A DNA stretch of 64,000 bases from an uncultured delta proteobacterium (lineage in GTDB: Bacteria > Desulfobacterota > Binatia > Binatales > Binataceae), in contig CAVRVY010000003.1 in the NCBI GenBank assembly GCA_963724765.1, positions 1,120,001 through 1,184,000 on the forward strand, in the 5' to 3' direction. Below are positions 20,345-30,956 of the stretch, piece after piece. Under the pieces are notes generated by a model, which saw only the letters and a list, made by a program, of their open reading frames with translations, did not search any database and had not been told where the DNA came from. The translations under genes were made by a program, and so were the position numbers. Every line of letters starts with the position of its first letter. The stretch's first letter is position 1.

Positions 20345-21412
20345 TCATCGCACGCCCAAGCCGCGCACCGCCGGTATCACCTGCGACGCGAAGCGTTCCA
20401 TCGTCGCCATCACGTCGCGATGCGGTATCAGACCGCCCGCGTTGAACCAGCATACGAGCTGGTCAATCCCGCTGTGCTGGTAAACCTCGTTGATGCGCGC
20501 GATGCATTCGTCGGGCGGTCCGTAAACCGCCATCGTCCCGTCAACTGTCTCGTAGGTCATCGCCGCCGCCCGCTCGCGCACCTGTTCGAGATAGGCGTAG
20601 GAGCCCTCGTACTGGCCGCGGCCGCCAATCGCCGCCTGTTCGCCGATAGTGCGGAAGTAGTGCAGCAGGCTCTGCTCGGCCTCGGCCCGCGCGGCGGCAC
20701 GGCTGGTGTGAGGACATACGAAAAAAAGCGCGGCGACGTCGCCCGGATGCTCGGGGCGCGCGCCGGTCTTGAGCGCCGCGCGGTAGGCGCGGATATGTTC
20801 ATAGAAGCCGGGCACCGGGTTGATGGGCGAGGCGACCAGCACGTCGTAGCCCTTGCGGCCGGCGAACTCGGCGGTCTCAGGGCTGTTGGCGGCGATTCGT
20901 ATTGGCGGATGCGGCTTCTGGAGCGGCCGCGGCTCGACCGCGACATCGGTGACCTCGTAAAAGCGCCCCTGGTAGGTGACACGCTCCCCGGTCCATGCGC
21001 GTACGACTATCTCCAGCGCCTCCTCGAAGCGCTCGCGGCTCTCGTCGCGCGCCATTCCAAAGCCCTGGAAGTGCACCGCGATCGTGCCGCGGCCCACGCC
21101 ATACTCCAGGCGGCCGCCAGTCAACAGGTCGGCGGTGGCGGCTTCCTCGGCGGCGCGCAGCGGATGATGGAACGGCAGCAGCGTCACTGCGGTGCCGAGC
21201 CGGATACGCCGGGTGCGCTGCGCGACCGCTACCGCGACCATCAGCGGCGAGGGCATGATCGAAAAGTTTTTGAAGAAGTGCAGCTCGGCGAGCCACGCGA
21301 CGTCGAAGCCGAGCTGGTCGGCAAGCACGATCTGCTCGATGGTCTCCTGGTAGCGGGCAGGTTCGGATTGCTCTGCAGTACAGGGCAGTTGGTAGAAAAG
21401 GCCGAACTTCAC
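20345..21412 (-). CDS. LLM-class (luciferase-like) flavin-dependent oxidoreductase
   Basis: MKFGLF, GFDVAWLAELHF, RIRLGTAV, GRLEYGVGRG and PRPLQKPHPP. Confidence 0.93.
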   Translation of the reverse strand: MKFGLFYQLPCTAEQSEPARYQETIEQIVLADQLGFDVAWLAELHFFKNFSIMPSPLMVAVAVAQRTRRIRLGTAVTLLPFHHPLRAAEEAATADLLTGGRLEYGVGRGTIAVHFQGFGMARDESRERFEEALEIVVRAWTGERVTYQGRFYEVTDVAVEPRPLQKPHPPIRIAANSPETAEFAGRKGYDVLVASPINPVPGFYEHIRAYRAALKTGARPEHPGDVAALFFVCPHTSRAAARAEAEQSLLHYFRTIGEQAAIGGRGQYEGSYAYLEQVRERAAAMTYETVDGTMAVYGPPDECIARINEVYQHSGIDQLVCWFNAGGLIPHRDVMATMERFASQVIPAVRGLGVR

Positions 21413-21589
21413 GATCGCACCCCCTCGCGGCGCCGGGTCGCGGTGCTCGCGACGCCATGCGCGGACCCGTCTGCGCGGCGCGCCGGCGCACCTGCGCGGC
21501 TCAGAGCTTCATTGCACACCACCTGGCCCCCGGCAACCCTCATCGCCGCGCGCTGTGCATTGGCGGGCCGGCTGCTATGCTGGCCAGGG

Positions 21590-21895
21590 ATGGAGAAAGT
21601 CAACCTCAACGATGTCTTGCGGCTGGCGCGGATGAGCGAGGATGAGCTGAGCGCGTTGGTTGCCCAACTGGAGTACTACCCCTCCGATGCGCTGGCGCGC
21701 TCGCCGTTACCGCGCGATCTGATGCTGCTCGACATCGCGATCAACCTGCGCGCTATCTCACTCAAGGGCGGTCCGATGAGCGCCGAGCCTCAATGGCTGG
21801 AACTGGCCAACCGGCCCGAGCTGAGCGAAACCGCCAACCTGGTCAATGAGATTTCAGACTCCAGTATTGCGCTCGGTCTGCGCGTGCGCCGTTGA
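21590..21895 (+). CDS. Hypothetical protein (101 aa)
   Basis: C-terminal part of the 20303 ORF (MEKVNLNDVLRL...) has protein-like composition. Extended -10 TGcTATGCT lies 8 nt upstream of the ATG. Confidence 0.65.
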   Translation: MEKVNLNDVLRLARMSEDELSALVAQLEYYPSDALARSPLPRDLMLLDIAINLRAISLKGGPMSAEPQWLELANRPELSETANLVNEISDSSIALGLRVRR

Positions 21896-21972
21896 CAATC
21901 GCGCGGGACGCGCGACCGCACGCGGTTGCTCGATGGTCAGTTAGTCAACTGATCAATTAATCAATCGGCGAA

Positions 21973-22377
21973 TTAAGCAACTTGCCGGTAGCTCACGATC
22001 TCGAGCAAATTGCCGTCGGGATCGAGGAAGTACAGGCAATCGTGGTCGCCCCAGTCGATCGGCTGCGCGCTTTCGACGCCGGCCTCGGTGAGGCGTTGCT
22101 TGGCGGCGGCGAAATCGGTGCGGCTCACGCGAAAGGCATGATGGCCTTTGCCGAGCGGATGTGAAATCCGCGCCTGGCGCTCCGCCGGCGACATCGGCGG
22201 ACGCGCGACACCGAACAGTGCGAGGTTCTGCGCTCCGCACTCCAGCAGCACCTGGTCGCCGAGATGCGCGACGACGCTGAGCCCGAGGACTTCGGTGTAG
22301 AAGCGCTCGGCGCGCGCGAGGTCGCTGACCTCGATTCCGAAATGGTCAAGCCGCTCGAGTTTCATCGTTTTCACCAA
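21973..22377 (-). CDS. VOC/glyoxalase family protein
   Basis: LDHFGIEVSDL..FYTEVLG, HHAF and YFLDPDGNLLE. Start may be ATG 22365. Confidence 0.9.
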   Translation of the reverse strand: MVKTMKLERLDHFGIEVSDLARAERFYTEVLGLSVVAHLGDQVLLECGAQNLALFGVARPPMSPAERQARISHPLGKGHHAFRVSRTDFAAAKQRLTEAGVESAQPIDWGDHDCLYFLDPDGNLLEIVSYRQVA

Positions 22378-22476
22378 TACTCAATGCTGATGACTGCCGC
22401 TCCGATGTCACGGCACCACTTTATTATATTCCCATCTTAACCCCTCGCTTAGGACAAGGAGAGGTAATCCGTCGCG

Positions 22477-23703
22477 CTAACCGAGGTCGCGCAATAACAC
22501 GCCGGTCAGGTATTCGCCCTCGGGATGGCCGAGCAGCACCGGATGGTCGGGACCGGGGCCGAGGCGCGCGAGCAGGCGCATCCGGCGCCCCGAGCGGCCC
22601 TCGGCGATGCGCACTGCGCGGACGAAATCCTCGCCGCGAAAGTGTGCTGAGCAACTGAAGGTCATCAGGAAGCCGCCCGGGCTGAGCGCGCCGAGCGCGA
22701 GCGCGTTGAGTTCGACATAGAGATGCTCGGCGCGCCGCGCGTCGGCGCGGCTGCGTGCAAATGGCGGTGGGTCGAGCACGATCAAATCGAAAAGCTCGTC
22801 GCGCTTACCGAGCAATTCGCCGGCCTCGCCATGCACGAAACGGACGGCGCCGGGCGGATAGCCGTTGAGCTCCAGGTTGTGCCGCGCCCATTGGAGCGCC
22901 TGCGCGGAAGTGTCGACAGCGACGACTCTTTTCGCGCCGCCCCTGAGCGCGTTCAGCGTGAAGCCGCCGGTGTAGCAACACAGATCGAGGACGCGCGCGC
23001 AGGCCGCCAGCCGACCGAAACGCGCCCGATTCTCGCGCTGATCGAGGAACGCTCCGGTCTTCTGGCCGTGCTCGAGGTCGACGGTCATTTTTATGCCGTT
23101 CTCGCTCACCACGTTTTCACTCACGATGATTTCGCCGGCGGCTTCGCCTGCCATCACGCCCACGCGATCTTCGAGCCCCTCCTGCCGGCGCACGGCGCCC
23201 TGGCTGCGCTCGAAAATCGCACGCGGCGATATCATCAGGTTCAGATGTTCAACGATTTCCGCGCGCATCCGCTCGGCGCCCGCGGTCAGCAATTGCATCA
23301 CCACGACTTCGCCGTAGCGGTCCACGACCACGCCCGAGAGGCCGTCGCCGTCGCCATTGAGTATCCGGTAGCAATCCGTGTCGGCACCGACGACGCACTC
23401 GCGCAGCTTGAGCGCGTGCTCGATGCGCCAGCGGACGATTTCGGCGGGGCCAGGCTCGCCGCCCAGCGCGAGCATCCGCACCGCGATCGTGGTCGCGGGA
23501 TTGTAGTAGCCGTGTCCAATCGTCGCGCCGGCCGCGTCGAGGATCCACACGCGCGCGCCGGGCTCGATTGCACCGGGCTCGACGCGATCGATCGCCTGCG
23601 AGAAGACCCAGGGATTGCCGCCGCGCACCGGTCCCTCGCGGCCCTTTTTGAGGAAGACTCGCGCCGGCGCCGCCGCCGCGCCGTTCGGTCGAGAGGTTTT
23701 CAA
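22477..23703 (-). CDS. rlmI: RlmI-like class I SAM-dependent rRNA methyltransferase
   Basis: PWVFS, GDGLSGVVVDRY, GQKTGAFLDQRENR, LDPPPF and SCS motifs. Confidence 0.88.
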   Translation of the reverse strand: MKTSRPNGAAAAPARVFLKKGREGPVRGGNPWVFSQAIDRVEPGAIEPGARVWILDAAGATIGHGYYNPATTIAVRMLALGGEPGPAEIVRWRIEHALKLRECVVGADTDCYRILNGDGDGLSGVVVDRYGEVVVMQLLTAGAERMRAEIVEHLNLMISPRAIFERSQGAVRRQEGLEDRVGVMAGEAAGEIIVSENVVSENGIKMTVDLEHGQKTGAFLDQRENRARFGRLAACARVLDLCCYTGGFTLNALRGGAKRVVAVDTSAQALQWARHNLELNGYPPGAVRFVHGEAGELLGKRDELFDLIVLDPPPFARSRADARRAEHLYVELNALALGALSPGGFLMTFSCSAHFRGEDFVRAVRIAEGRSGRRMRLLARLGPGPDHPVLLGHPEGEYLTGVLLRDLG

Positions 23704-23731
23704 CGTTTCAACTTTCTGATTGTTCGGCTGC

Positions 23732-24295
23732 TCAATTGTCCGCGGACGGCCATCGCGGTTCGCCGGTGCGCTTGAAGGTGCCGCTGCGGCCGCCGGATTT
23801 ACCGACCAGCCGGATCGCTTCGATCGTCATCGCGCGATCGATCGCCTTGGCCATGTCATAGATAGTGAGCGCCGCGGCGCTCAGCGCGACCAGCGCTTCC
23901 ATCTCGACACCAGTGCGCGCGGCGGTCGCCGCACGGGCCTGAATATGGAGTGTGGCGCGGGCCGGGTCGGGACGGAATTCGATCTCGACAACCTCCAGCG
24001 GAATCTGATGGCAGAGCGGAATCAACTCGTGAGTGCGCTTGGCCGCCATGATTCCGGCCAGTCGCGCGGTTGCCAGCGCCTCGCCCTTCTTGAGCCGTCC
24101 GCCGACGATCGCGTCCAGCGTCGCCCGGTCCATTTTTACTGCGCCACGGGCCACCGCCTCTCGCCGCGTCACCGGTTTTTCGCCGACATCGACCATTCGC
24201 ACGCGGCCGCGGCGGTCGAGATGAGTGAGTGCGCCACGTGTGGCGGGGCCGGGAAGTTTGCTGGAGAGTCCGGAGGTCGGCTTCTTGCGTGTCAT
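23732..24295 (-). CDS. moaC: Cyclic pyranopterin monophosphate synthase
   Basis: [23 protein letters not shown] and IYDMAKAID. Confidence 0.97.
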   Translation of the reverse strand: MTRKKPTSGLSSKLPGPATRGALTHLDRRGRVRMVDVGEKPVTRREAVARGAVKMDRATLDAIVGGRLKKGEALATARLAGIMAAKRTHELIPLCHQIPLEVVEIEFRPDPARATLHIQARAATAARTGVEMEALVALSAAALTIYDMAKAIDRAMTIEAIRLVGKSGGRSGTFKRTGEPRWPSADN

Positions 24296-24432
24296 CGTAG
24301 GCGGCAGCTAAGAGCTTATGTTGACGCGATGCGCCGATACAACAAAGCGCTAGAATAGACGGTAGAATATGATGACGGACCGCGCGTCTTGTGTCGCGCG
24401 ATTCCAGGCAAAGGCAATCGATAACAAAACAG

Positions 24433-25374
24433 ATGGCAGACGAAACCTATCGCCTCGTGATTCTCGGCTCCGGTCCCGCGGGCCTGACGGCCGCGCTCTA
24501 CGCGGCGCGCGCCAATCTGGCCCCGCTGCTGATCGAGGGCGCCCAGCCCGGCGGCCAGCTCACCATCACTACCGAGGTCGAGAACTACCCCGGCTTCGTG
24601 CACGGAATACAGGGCCCCGAGATGATGGACGTGTTCCGGCGCCAGGCCGAGCGCTTCGGCACGAAATTCGTGTTTGGCGAAGTGTCCGCGGTCGATCTAC
24701 GCAAACGGCCGTTTGAGTTGCGCTCGGGCGTCAGCACGATCGGCGCTGAAGCCCTCATCGTCGCGACTGGTGCGTCGGCCAAGCTGCTCGGGATTGATTC
24801 GGAAAAGCGCTTGATGGGCTATGGGGTTAGCGCGTGCGCGACCTGCGACGGCGCGTTCTTCAAGAACAAGGAGGCGGTGGTGGTGGGTGGCGGCGACACC
24901 GCGATGGAAGAGGCGACGTTTCTCACGCGGTTTTGCTCCAAGGTGACGATCGTGCATCGGCGCAGCGCCCTTCGCGCCTCCAAGATCATGCAGGACCGCG
25001 CGGCCGCCAATCCGAAGATCGCTTTCATCTGGAACAGCGTGATCGACGAAATCTTCGGCGAGCAAAAAACCGGAGTCAGCGGCGTGCGGCTCAAGGACCT
25101 CAAGACGGGCGGAAGCAGGGATTTTCAAACCGACGCCGTGTTCGTCGCGATCGGCCATCAGCCCAACACCCGTTTGTTCGAAGGCCAACTCGAGATGGAT
25201 GAGGTCGGCTACCTCAAGGTCCGCAATGGATCGACCTACACCAATATTGACGGCGTGTTCGCGGCCGGCGACGTCGCCGACAAGGTCTATCGCCAGGCGG
25301 TGACCGCGGCGGGCACCGGATGCATGGCGGCGATTGACGCGGAGCGCTGGCTCGAAGCGCACGAGACGATCTGA
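24433..25374 (+). CDS. trxB: Thioredoxin-disulfide reductase
   Basis: GSGPAG, VENYPG, CATCDG, GGGDTA and FAAGDV. Confidence 0.98.
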   Translation: MADETYRLVILGSGPAGLTAALYAARANLAPLLIEGAQPGGQLTITTEVENYPGFVHGIQGPEMMDVFRRQAERFGTKFVFGEVSAVDLRKRPFELRSGVSTIGAEALIVATGASAKLLGIDSEKRLMGYGVSACATCDGAFFKNKEAVVVGGGDTAMEEATFLTRFCSKVTIVHRRSALRASKIMQDRAAANPKIAFIWNSVIDEIFGEQKTGVSGVRLKDLKTGGSRDFQTDAVFVAIGHQPNTRLFEGQLEMDEVGYLKVRNGSTYTNIDGVFAAGDVADKVYRQAVTAAGTGCMAAIDAERWLEAHETI

Positions 25375-25412
25375 ATTCTGCGTAACAAGGACACGGCCGG
25401 TGGGTCGGCGGC

Positions 25413-26408
25413 GTGGAACCGCCTCGGATGAGCCCGGGACGCAGGTTCCTGGTCGCAATCGCCGGCATCGTGGTGCTCACCGCCGGCGGCACCGCCGGCT
25501 ATATGGCGATCGAGCACATGAAGATGCTCGACGCGCTCTACATGACCGTCATCACCATCTCCACCGTCGGCTACGAAGAGGTGAAGCCGCTCGACGAGAG
25601 CGGACGAGTCTTCACGATGGGGCTGATCGTAATCGGCGTCGGCACCGCGTTCTACTTATTCGCCGCCGTCACCCAGTTCGTGGTCGAGGGCCAGTTGCGC
25701 GAGATGGTCGGGAGGGTTGCGATGAAGCGCAAGATCGAACAAATCGAGGGACACATCGTGATTTGCGGCTTCGGCAGGATGGGCCGGGTGGTGGCCGACG
25801 AGGTAGTGCGCAGTGGCGGCGAGGTGGTGGTGATCGAGCGCGACCCGGCGCGCGAAGCCGAGTTAGCCGCTCGGAACTTGCTCTACGTGATCGGATCGGC
25901 GCTCGAGGATCGCATGCTGGAGGAAGCGGGCCTGCCCCGGGCGCGCGCGATCGTGGTGGCCACTGCCTCCGACGCCGACAACGTCTATATCACGCTCTCG
26001 GCGCGCGCGATGAACCCGAATATCCCCATTCACGCGCGCGGCGAATCGGAGGCTGGCTTGCAGCACCTGCGGATGGCGGGGGCGAACCAGACGATCTCGG
26101 CCTACCAGTGGGGCGGGATACGGCTGGCGGCCAGCATCATGCGCCCGTCGGTGGTCGACTTCCTGGAGTTGTCGTTTCCGGGGCGCGGCGCCGAGATCGA
26201 TCTCGAGGAGATTCGCGTGGCCGAGGGCAGTGCGCTCGTCGGCCAGCCGATCGCCGCCGTCGAGCAGAGTTCGACGCGGCTGCGAATAGTCGCGCTCAAG
26301 CGCGGCAGCGCTCCGAGCTCGCTGATTCCCGATCCTGCAACCCGTATCGAGGCAGGTGATTTCCTGGTCGCGATCGGCGACCGCGACACCTTGCGCGGCC
26401 TGGGCTAG
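25413..26408 (+). CDS. Potassium channel protein with TrkA-N/TrkA-C (RCK) domains
   Basis: Two TMs, pore TISTVGYEE and Rossmann GFGRMG. Confidence 0.92.
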   Translation: MEPPRMSPGRRFLVAIAGIVVLTAGGTAGYMAIEHMKMLDALYMTVITISTVGYEEVKPLDESGRVFTMGLIVIGVGTAFYLFAAVTQFVVEGQLREMVGRVAMKRKIEQIEGHIVICGFGRMGRVVADEVVRSGGEVVVIERDPAREAELAARNLLYVIGSALEDRMLEEAGLPRARAIVVATASDADNVYITLSARAMNPNIPIHARGESEAGLQHLRMAGANQTISAYQWGGIRLAASIMRPSVVDFLELSFPGRGAEIDLEEIRVAEGSALVGQPIAAVEQSSTRLRIVALKRGSAPSSLIPDPATRIEAGDFLVAIGDRDTLRGLG

Positions 26409-26494
26409 CGTCCAGCGCGTCAGCGCCGTCGCCCGGCCCCGCGCGCCGGCATTTCCTTTGAATCGCGGCCGCCATCCTGCCAAGATTTGCGCGC

Positions 26495-27256
26495 ATGGAA
26501 GGGGGAGAAGGAACGCAGCCTGAGCCGCGCAAGCCGACCGGCGAGCTGAAGGCGCCCACCGGCGATCTTGGCTCCGCCCCCGCGCGTGCAACGCCGCGGC
26601 GCTGGCGCCGAATCGATATCCGGGTCTCCGAGTTGATCGTCTTCCTGGTGGCGGTGGTCGGCGCGGTTGCGCTGGGACTGGGCATCACCGAATACTTCGG
26701 CGAGCATCCGTACACTTTTGCCTACCTGATCGCGTACGCCGGGTTTCGTTTCGCCGACGTCATGGTGCGTGAGGATTTCGAGCCGCCACCCGACGCCGCG
26801 TTGCTTTCGGGATCGATCCTGCGCCAGTTGCCGGTGCTGTTGCTGTTCGCGGCGGCGCCGTTCGAGCGGACCTACATTTACGGCGGTGAAGTGGCGCGAT
26901 GGGTGCAGGCGCTGGGTTTGCTGATGGAGCTGCTGGGCTTGTGGCTGGCGCTCGGCGCGCGCATCCAGCTGGGTTTTTTCAGCTCGACGCCGGAATCCGG
27001 CGGTCCGCGTGCGCTCGTGCGCAATGGGCTCTATGGCAGCATCCGCCATCCGATCTGGCTCGGCGAGTTCCTGGTGGTCTTTGCATGGGCGCTCGAGTTC
27101 GGCGCGCCGGTAAGCGCGGCGCTGACGGTGATCTTCGGGATCGTGATGGGCCGGATGCGCGCGGCGACGGAAGAGGCCGAGATGCTGGCGCAGTTCGGCG
27201 ACCCCTACGCGCGCTATCTGCAGGAGACCGAGTGCTTCATCCCCGGCATCTGGTAG
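26495..27256 (+). CDS. Isoprenylcysteine carboxylmethyltransferase/PEMT family membrane protein
   Basis: LVRNGLYGSIRHPIWLG...EEAEML..FG..YARY...FIPGIW. Confidence 0.85.
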   Translation: MEGGEGTQPEPRKPTGELKAPTGDLGSAPARATPRRWRRIDIRVSELIVFLVAVVGAVALGLGITEYFGEHPYTFAYLIAYAGFRFADVMVREDFEPPPDAALLSGSILRQLPVLLLFAAAPFERTYIYGGEVARWVQALGLLMELLGLWLALGARIQLGFFSSTPESGGPRALVRNGLYGSIRHPIWLGEFLVVFAWALEFGAPVSAALTVIFGIVMGRMRAATEEAEMLAQFGDPYARYLQETECFIPGIW

Positions 27257-27330
27257 ACGAGTTGGAATTTCTGTCCTGATTCGCTTCCGCAATGCCGTTG
27301 GCGATCGCAACAGCAACAACTGACGCCATC

Positions 27331-27371
27331 TCTGAACCCTCGCCCACATATGATGTGGGCGAGGGTTCAGA
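27331..27371. repeat. REP-like perfect 19-bp inverted repeat between convergent genes (copy 2; possible terminator)
   Basis: tctgaaccctcgcccacat-atg-atgtgggcgagggttcaga. Confidence 0.8.
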
Positions 27372-27457
27372 AAAAGGCCCGCGCGTAAAGAATTGTTGGT
27401 GGCTAGTGCGCCCCCCTCCGGCTCCCCGCGAGGTTGCACCGCGAGGCTGCCAAAACC

Positions 27458-30400
27458 CTAGCGCAGCATCACTGACGCGGCGGCGAGCGTGTGCTCGACC
27501 GCGGCGACGAAATCGTCGGTCGGCGCGACGCGATAGCTGTCGCCGAGCAGGAAGATCGCCTCGTGCGCGTCATCCAGCGCCAGGTGCAAATATGTGATCG
27601 CGCGCCCGGTATGGCGCCCGAGCACCGCCTTCAGTTCCTCCAGCGCGCCATTGGCCAGGCGCTCGCGCGGCGCCGAAATATGCACCTCGCGAACCGCGTC
27701 GACCAGCGCCGTGCCCAGCGGCCGCATCTCGTCAAGGATCACCTGCGCGCGCTCGTCGTCGACGTCCAGCTTGCCGCGCGCGACTACCGGCTCGTCGCCC
27801 ATGATCAGCGCTTCGTGTTTTTGATAGGTCTCCGGCCACGCGATCACTTCGACCGCGCCCTCGCGGTCCTCCAGCGAGAACGTCGCATAGCGCTTGCCGG
27901 CCTTGTTGTTCTTGAGCTTGGCCGCCTGCACCACTCCGGCGATACGCACCTGGCTGCCGTCGGGGAGCAAAGTAAGATCCGCGGTTGAGACGGCGCCGAG
28001 CCGGCGCAGCTCGCGATCGTATTTGTCGAGCGGATGGGCGGTGATGTAGAAGCCGAGCGCTTCCTTCTCGTTGCGCAGCATCTCTTTCTGATCCCACTCG
28101 GCGACTGGATCGCGCGGCGGCGGCAGCGCCTGCGGGCGCGCGGCGGCGCCGAACAGTCCGTGCTGGCCCTTGGCCGCATCGCTCTCGGCCTTCTGCGCGA
28201 CCCTGAGCGCGTCCTCGACGATCGCGACGAGCGGCGCGCGCGAGGGCGAGATCGAATCGAATGCACCGCACTTGATCAGCGCCTCGAGCACGCGCCGGTT
28301 GACCAGCTGGCTGCCGACGCGCAGGCAGAAATCGAGCAGGTCCTTGAACGGGCCGCCGCTTTGGCGGACCGCGATCATCGCCTCGGCGCTCTTGGCGCCC
28401 ACGCCACGGATCGCGCCCAGGCCGAAGCGGATCGCGTCGCCCGCGACCGTGAACTTCACGCCGGAGTGGTTGACGTCGGGCGGCAGCAGCGCGATGCGCA
28501 TCTCGCGCAGCGCCGCGATATTCTTGTAGGCTTTGTCGACGTCGTCCATGTCGAGCGACATCAGCGCCGCCATGAACTCGCGCGGGAAGTGCGCCTTCAG
28601 GTACGCGGTGGTGTACGTGGTCAGCGCGTAGGCGGCGGCGTGCGAGCGGTTGAAGCCGTAGGAGGCGAAGGTCTCGATCTTCTCGAAGATCGATTTGGCC
28701 AGCGCTTTATCGAGGCCGTTTTTCTTCGCGCCGTCGAGAAAGCGCGCGCGCTCGCGCTCCATCTGCGCCTTGTTTTTCTTGCCCATCGCGGCGCGCAGGA
28801 TGTCGGCTTCCTCGAGCGTATAGCCGGCCAGCGCCTGCGCCGCGCGCATCACCTGCTCTTGGTAGATGATCACGCCGTAGGTGTCGCGCAGTACCGGCTC
28901 CAGCAATTGATGGTCGTATTCGACCGGCTCCTTGCCGTGCTTGCGCTTGATGAACGGATCGACCATCCCCGAGTCCAGCGTGCCGGGGCGAAAGAGCGAG
29001 ATAGCCGCGATCACGTCCTCGAAATTCGAGGGCTTGAGCTCGGTCAAGAAGCGGCGCATCCCGGATCCTTCCATCTGAAACACGCCGACCGTGTCGCCGC
29101 GCGCTAGCAGGCGGTAGCTCTCGGGATCGTCGAGCGGGAGGCGGTTCAAGTCCGGCGGCTCCTTGCCGCCGGCGCGCACCAGGTTCAGCGTCTCGACGAT
29201 GAGGGTCAGGTTCTTGAGCGCGAGGAAGTCGAACTTGATGAGTCCGATCTCCTCCACTCCCTTCATCGAGTACTGCGTAATCGCCATCGCGCCGTCGGTG
29301 CGTTCCTTGTCGGCGTAGAGCGGAACGACCTCGGCCAGCGGAACGTCGGAGATGACCACGCCGGCCGCGTGGCGCGACGCGTGGCGCAGAAGTCCCTCGA
29401 GCTTGAAGGCGTACTCGAACAGATCAGGATGGCTCTCGCGCTCGGCCTTAAGCCGCGGCTCCATCTCGAGCGCGGCGCTTAGCGGAAAGTCGCGGCCCTG
29501 CTTGGGCGCGGGATAGAGCTTGACGATGCGATCGGTCTCAGCGAAAGAGAGCCCGAGCACGCGGCCAACGTCGCGGATCGCCTGTTTGCCCTTGATGGTG
29601 CCGAAGGTGATGATCTGCGCGACGCGGTCGGCGCCGTATTTCGCACGCACGTAGCTAAGCACCTCGTCGCGCCGCTCCCAGCAAAAGTCGACGTCGATAT
29701 CGGGCATCGACTTGCGTCCCGGATTGAGCCAGCGCTCGAACAGCAGCTTGTGCTCGATCGGATCGACTTCGGTTATCCTGAGCGCGTAGGAGACCAGGCT
29801 GCCGACCACCGAGCCCCGGCCCGGGCCGACCGGGATGCCCTGGCTGCGCGCGTAATCGATAAAATCGGCGACGATCAGCATGTAGCCCGAAAAGCCCATC
29901 TCGCGGATGACCGGCAACTCGCGGTCGAGCCGCTCGTAATAGGGCGCCTCGTCGAACTCACCGCGGCGCGCGTGCAGTTCCGCAAGCCGCGCGCCGAGCC
30001 CCGCCTTCACGCGCGTTTCCAGCACCTGGTCGAGGTCGTCGGGCGGAGCGTCCTGGTAAATCGGGAAATGGAACTTGCCGAACTCGAACTCGAAGTCGAC
30101 CCGCCGCGCGATCTCCATCGTGTTGCGGAACTCCTCGGACTCCGCGCCGAACGCCTTGGCCATCTCCTCGGGCGTCTTGACGTAAAGCTCGTCGGTATCG
30201 AAGCGCCATCGCGACTCGTCCGCGAGCGTCTTGCCGGTCTGGATGCAGAGCAGGACTTCATGGGCGCGCGCGTCGCCGCGATGCAGGTAGTGGCAATCGT
30301 TGGTGGCGACCAGCGGCAGGCCGGCAGTGCGGCCGATCTCGCGCAGCGCGTCGTTGAGCGGCGCGTGCAGGCGGTTGTCCTGCAGTTCAAGGTAGAAGCG

Positions 30401-30919
30401 GTCCTTGAAAATGCGCGCGTAACTCTCGGCCGCCTCGCGCGCTTTGTCGATACGCCCCGCGCGGAGCCATCGCGCGACCTCACCCGACAGACATCCCGAG
30501 AGCGCGATGATGCCCTCGTTGAGCTCGGTTAGAATTTCCTTGTCGATGCGCGGCTTGTAGTAGAGCCCCTCCTGGTAGGCGGCGCTCAGCAGGCGGCAGA
30601 GGTTGCGATAGCCGGTGCGCGAGGCGGCGAGCAGGATGAGATGGAAGTTGCCGCCGCCGTCGAAGTCGTCGCCCTTGGGCGCCTGCGAGCGATCGGTGCG
30701 CTTGCCGGGCGCGACGTAGGCCTCGCATCCGATGATCGGTTTGATCCCGTGCTGGGTGGCTTTGCTGAAGAACTCGACCGCGCCGAACATGTTGCCATGG
30801 TCGGTGATAGCCATCGCGGTCATGCCGCAGGCGTGTGCGTGCTCGAGCAGCGGTTCGATCTTGTTGGCGCCGTCGAGCAGGCTGTACTGAGTATGGACGT
30901 GAAGATGGGCGAAGCTCAT
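27458..30919 (-). CDS. dnaE: DNA polymerase III alpha subunit
   Basis: HLHVHTQYSLLDG, PGRGS, MPDIDVDF, KFDFL and YGFNRSH. Confidence 0.98.
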   Translation of the reverse strand: MSFAHLHVHTQYSLLDGANKIEPLLEHAHACGMTAMAITDHGNMFGAVEFFSKATQHGIKPIIGCEAYVAPGKRTDRSQAPKGDDFDGGGNFHLILLAASRTGYRNLCRLLSAAYQEGLYYKPRIDKEILTELNEGIIALSGCLSGEVARWLRAGRIDKAREAAESYARIFKDRFYLELQDNRLHAPLNDALREIGRTAGLPLVATNDCHYLHRGDARAHEVLLCIQTGKTLADESRWRFDTDELYVKTPEEMAKAFGAESEEFRNTMEIARRVDFEFEFGKFHFPIYQDAPPDDLDQVLETRVKAGLGARLAELHARRGEFDEAPYYERLDRELPVIREMGFSGYMLIVADFIDYARSQGIPVGPGRGSVVGSLVSYALRITEVDPIEHKLLFERWLNPGRKSMPDIDVDFCWERRDEVLSYVRAKYGADRVAQIITFGTIKGKQAIRDVGRVLGLSFAETDRIVKLYPAPKQGRDFPLSAALEMEPRLKAERESHPDLFEYAFKLEGLLRHASRHAAGVVISDVPLAEVVPLYADKERTDGAMAITQYSMKGVEEIGLIKFDFLALKNLTLIVETLNLVRAGGKEPPDLNRLPLDDPESYRLLARGDTVGVFQMEGSGMRRFLTELKPSNFEDVIAAISLFRPGTLDSGMVDPFIKRKHGKEPVEYDHQLLEPVLRDTYGVIIYQEQVMRAAQALAGYTLEEADILRAAMGKKNKAQMERERARFLDGAKKNGLDKALAKSIFEKIETFASYGFNRSHAAAYALTTYTTAYLKAHFPREFMAALMSLDMDDVDKAYKNIAALREMRIALLPPDVNHSGVKFTVAGDAIRFGLGAIRGVGAKSAEAMIAVRQSGGPFKDLLDFCLRVGSQLVNRRVLEALIKCGAFDSISPSRAPLVAIVEDALRVAQKAESDAAKGQHGLFGAAARPQALPPPRDPVAEWDQKEMLRNEKEALGFYITAHPLDKYDRELRRLGAVSTADLTLLPDGSQVRIAGVVQAAKLKNNKAGKRYATFSLEDREGAVEVIAWPETYQKHEALIMGDEPVVARGKLDVDDERAQVILDEMRPLGTALVDAVREVHISAPRERLANGALEELKAVLGRHTGRAITYLHLALDDAHEAIFLLGDSYRVAPTDDFVAAVEHTLAAASVMLR

Positions 30920-30956
30920 CAGGGACGTAACCTCTTGCTCGGCAGCAACCACCGCC

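Noticed and set aside
25560-25582. K+ channel filter TVGYEE instead of TVGYGD
   Set aside because: TVGYxE variants are common in prokaryotic RCK-domain channels.
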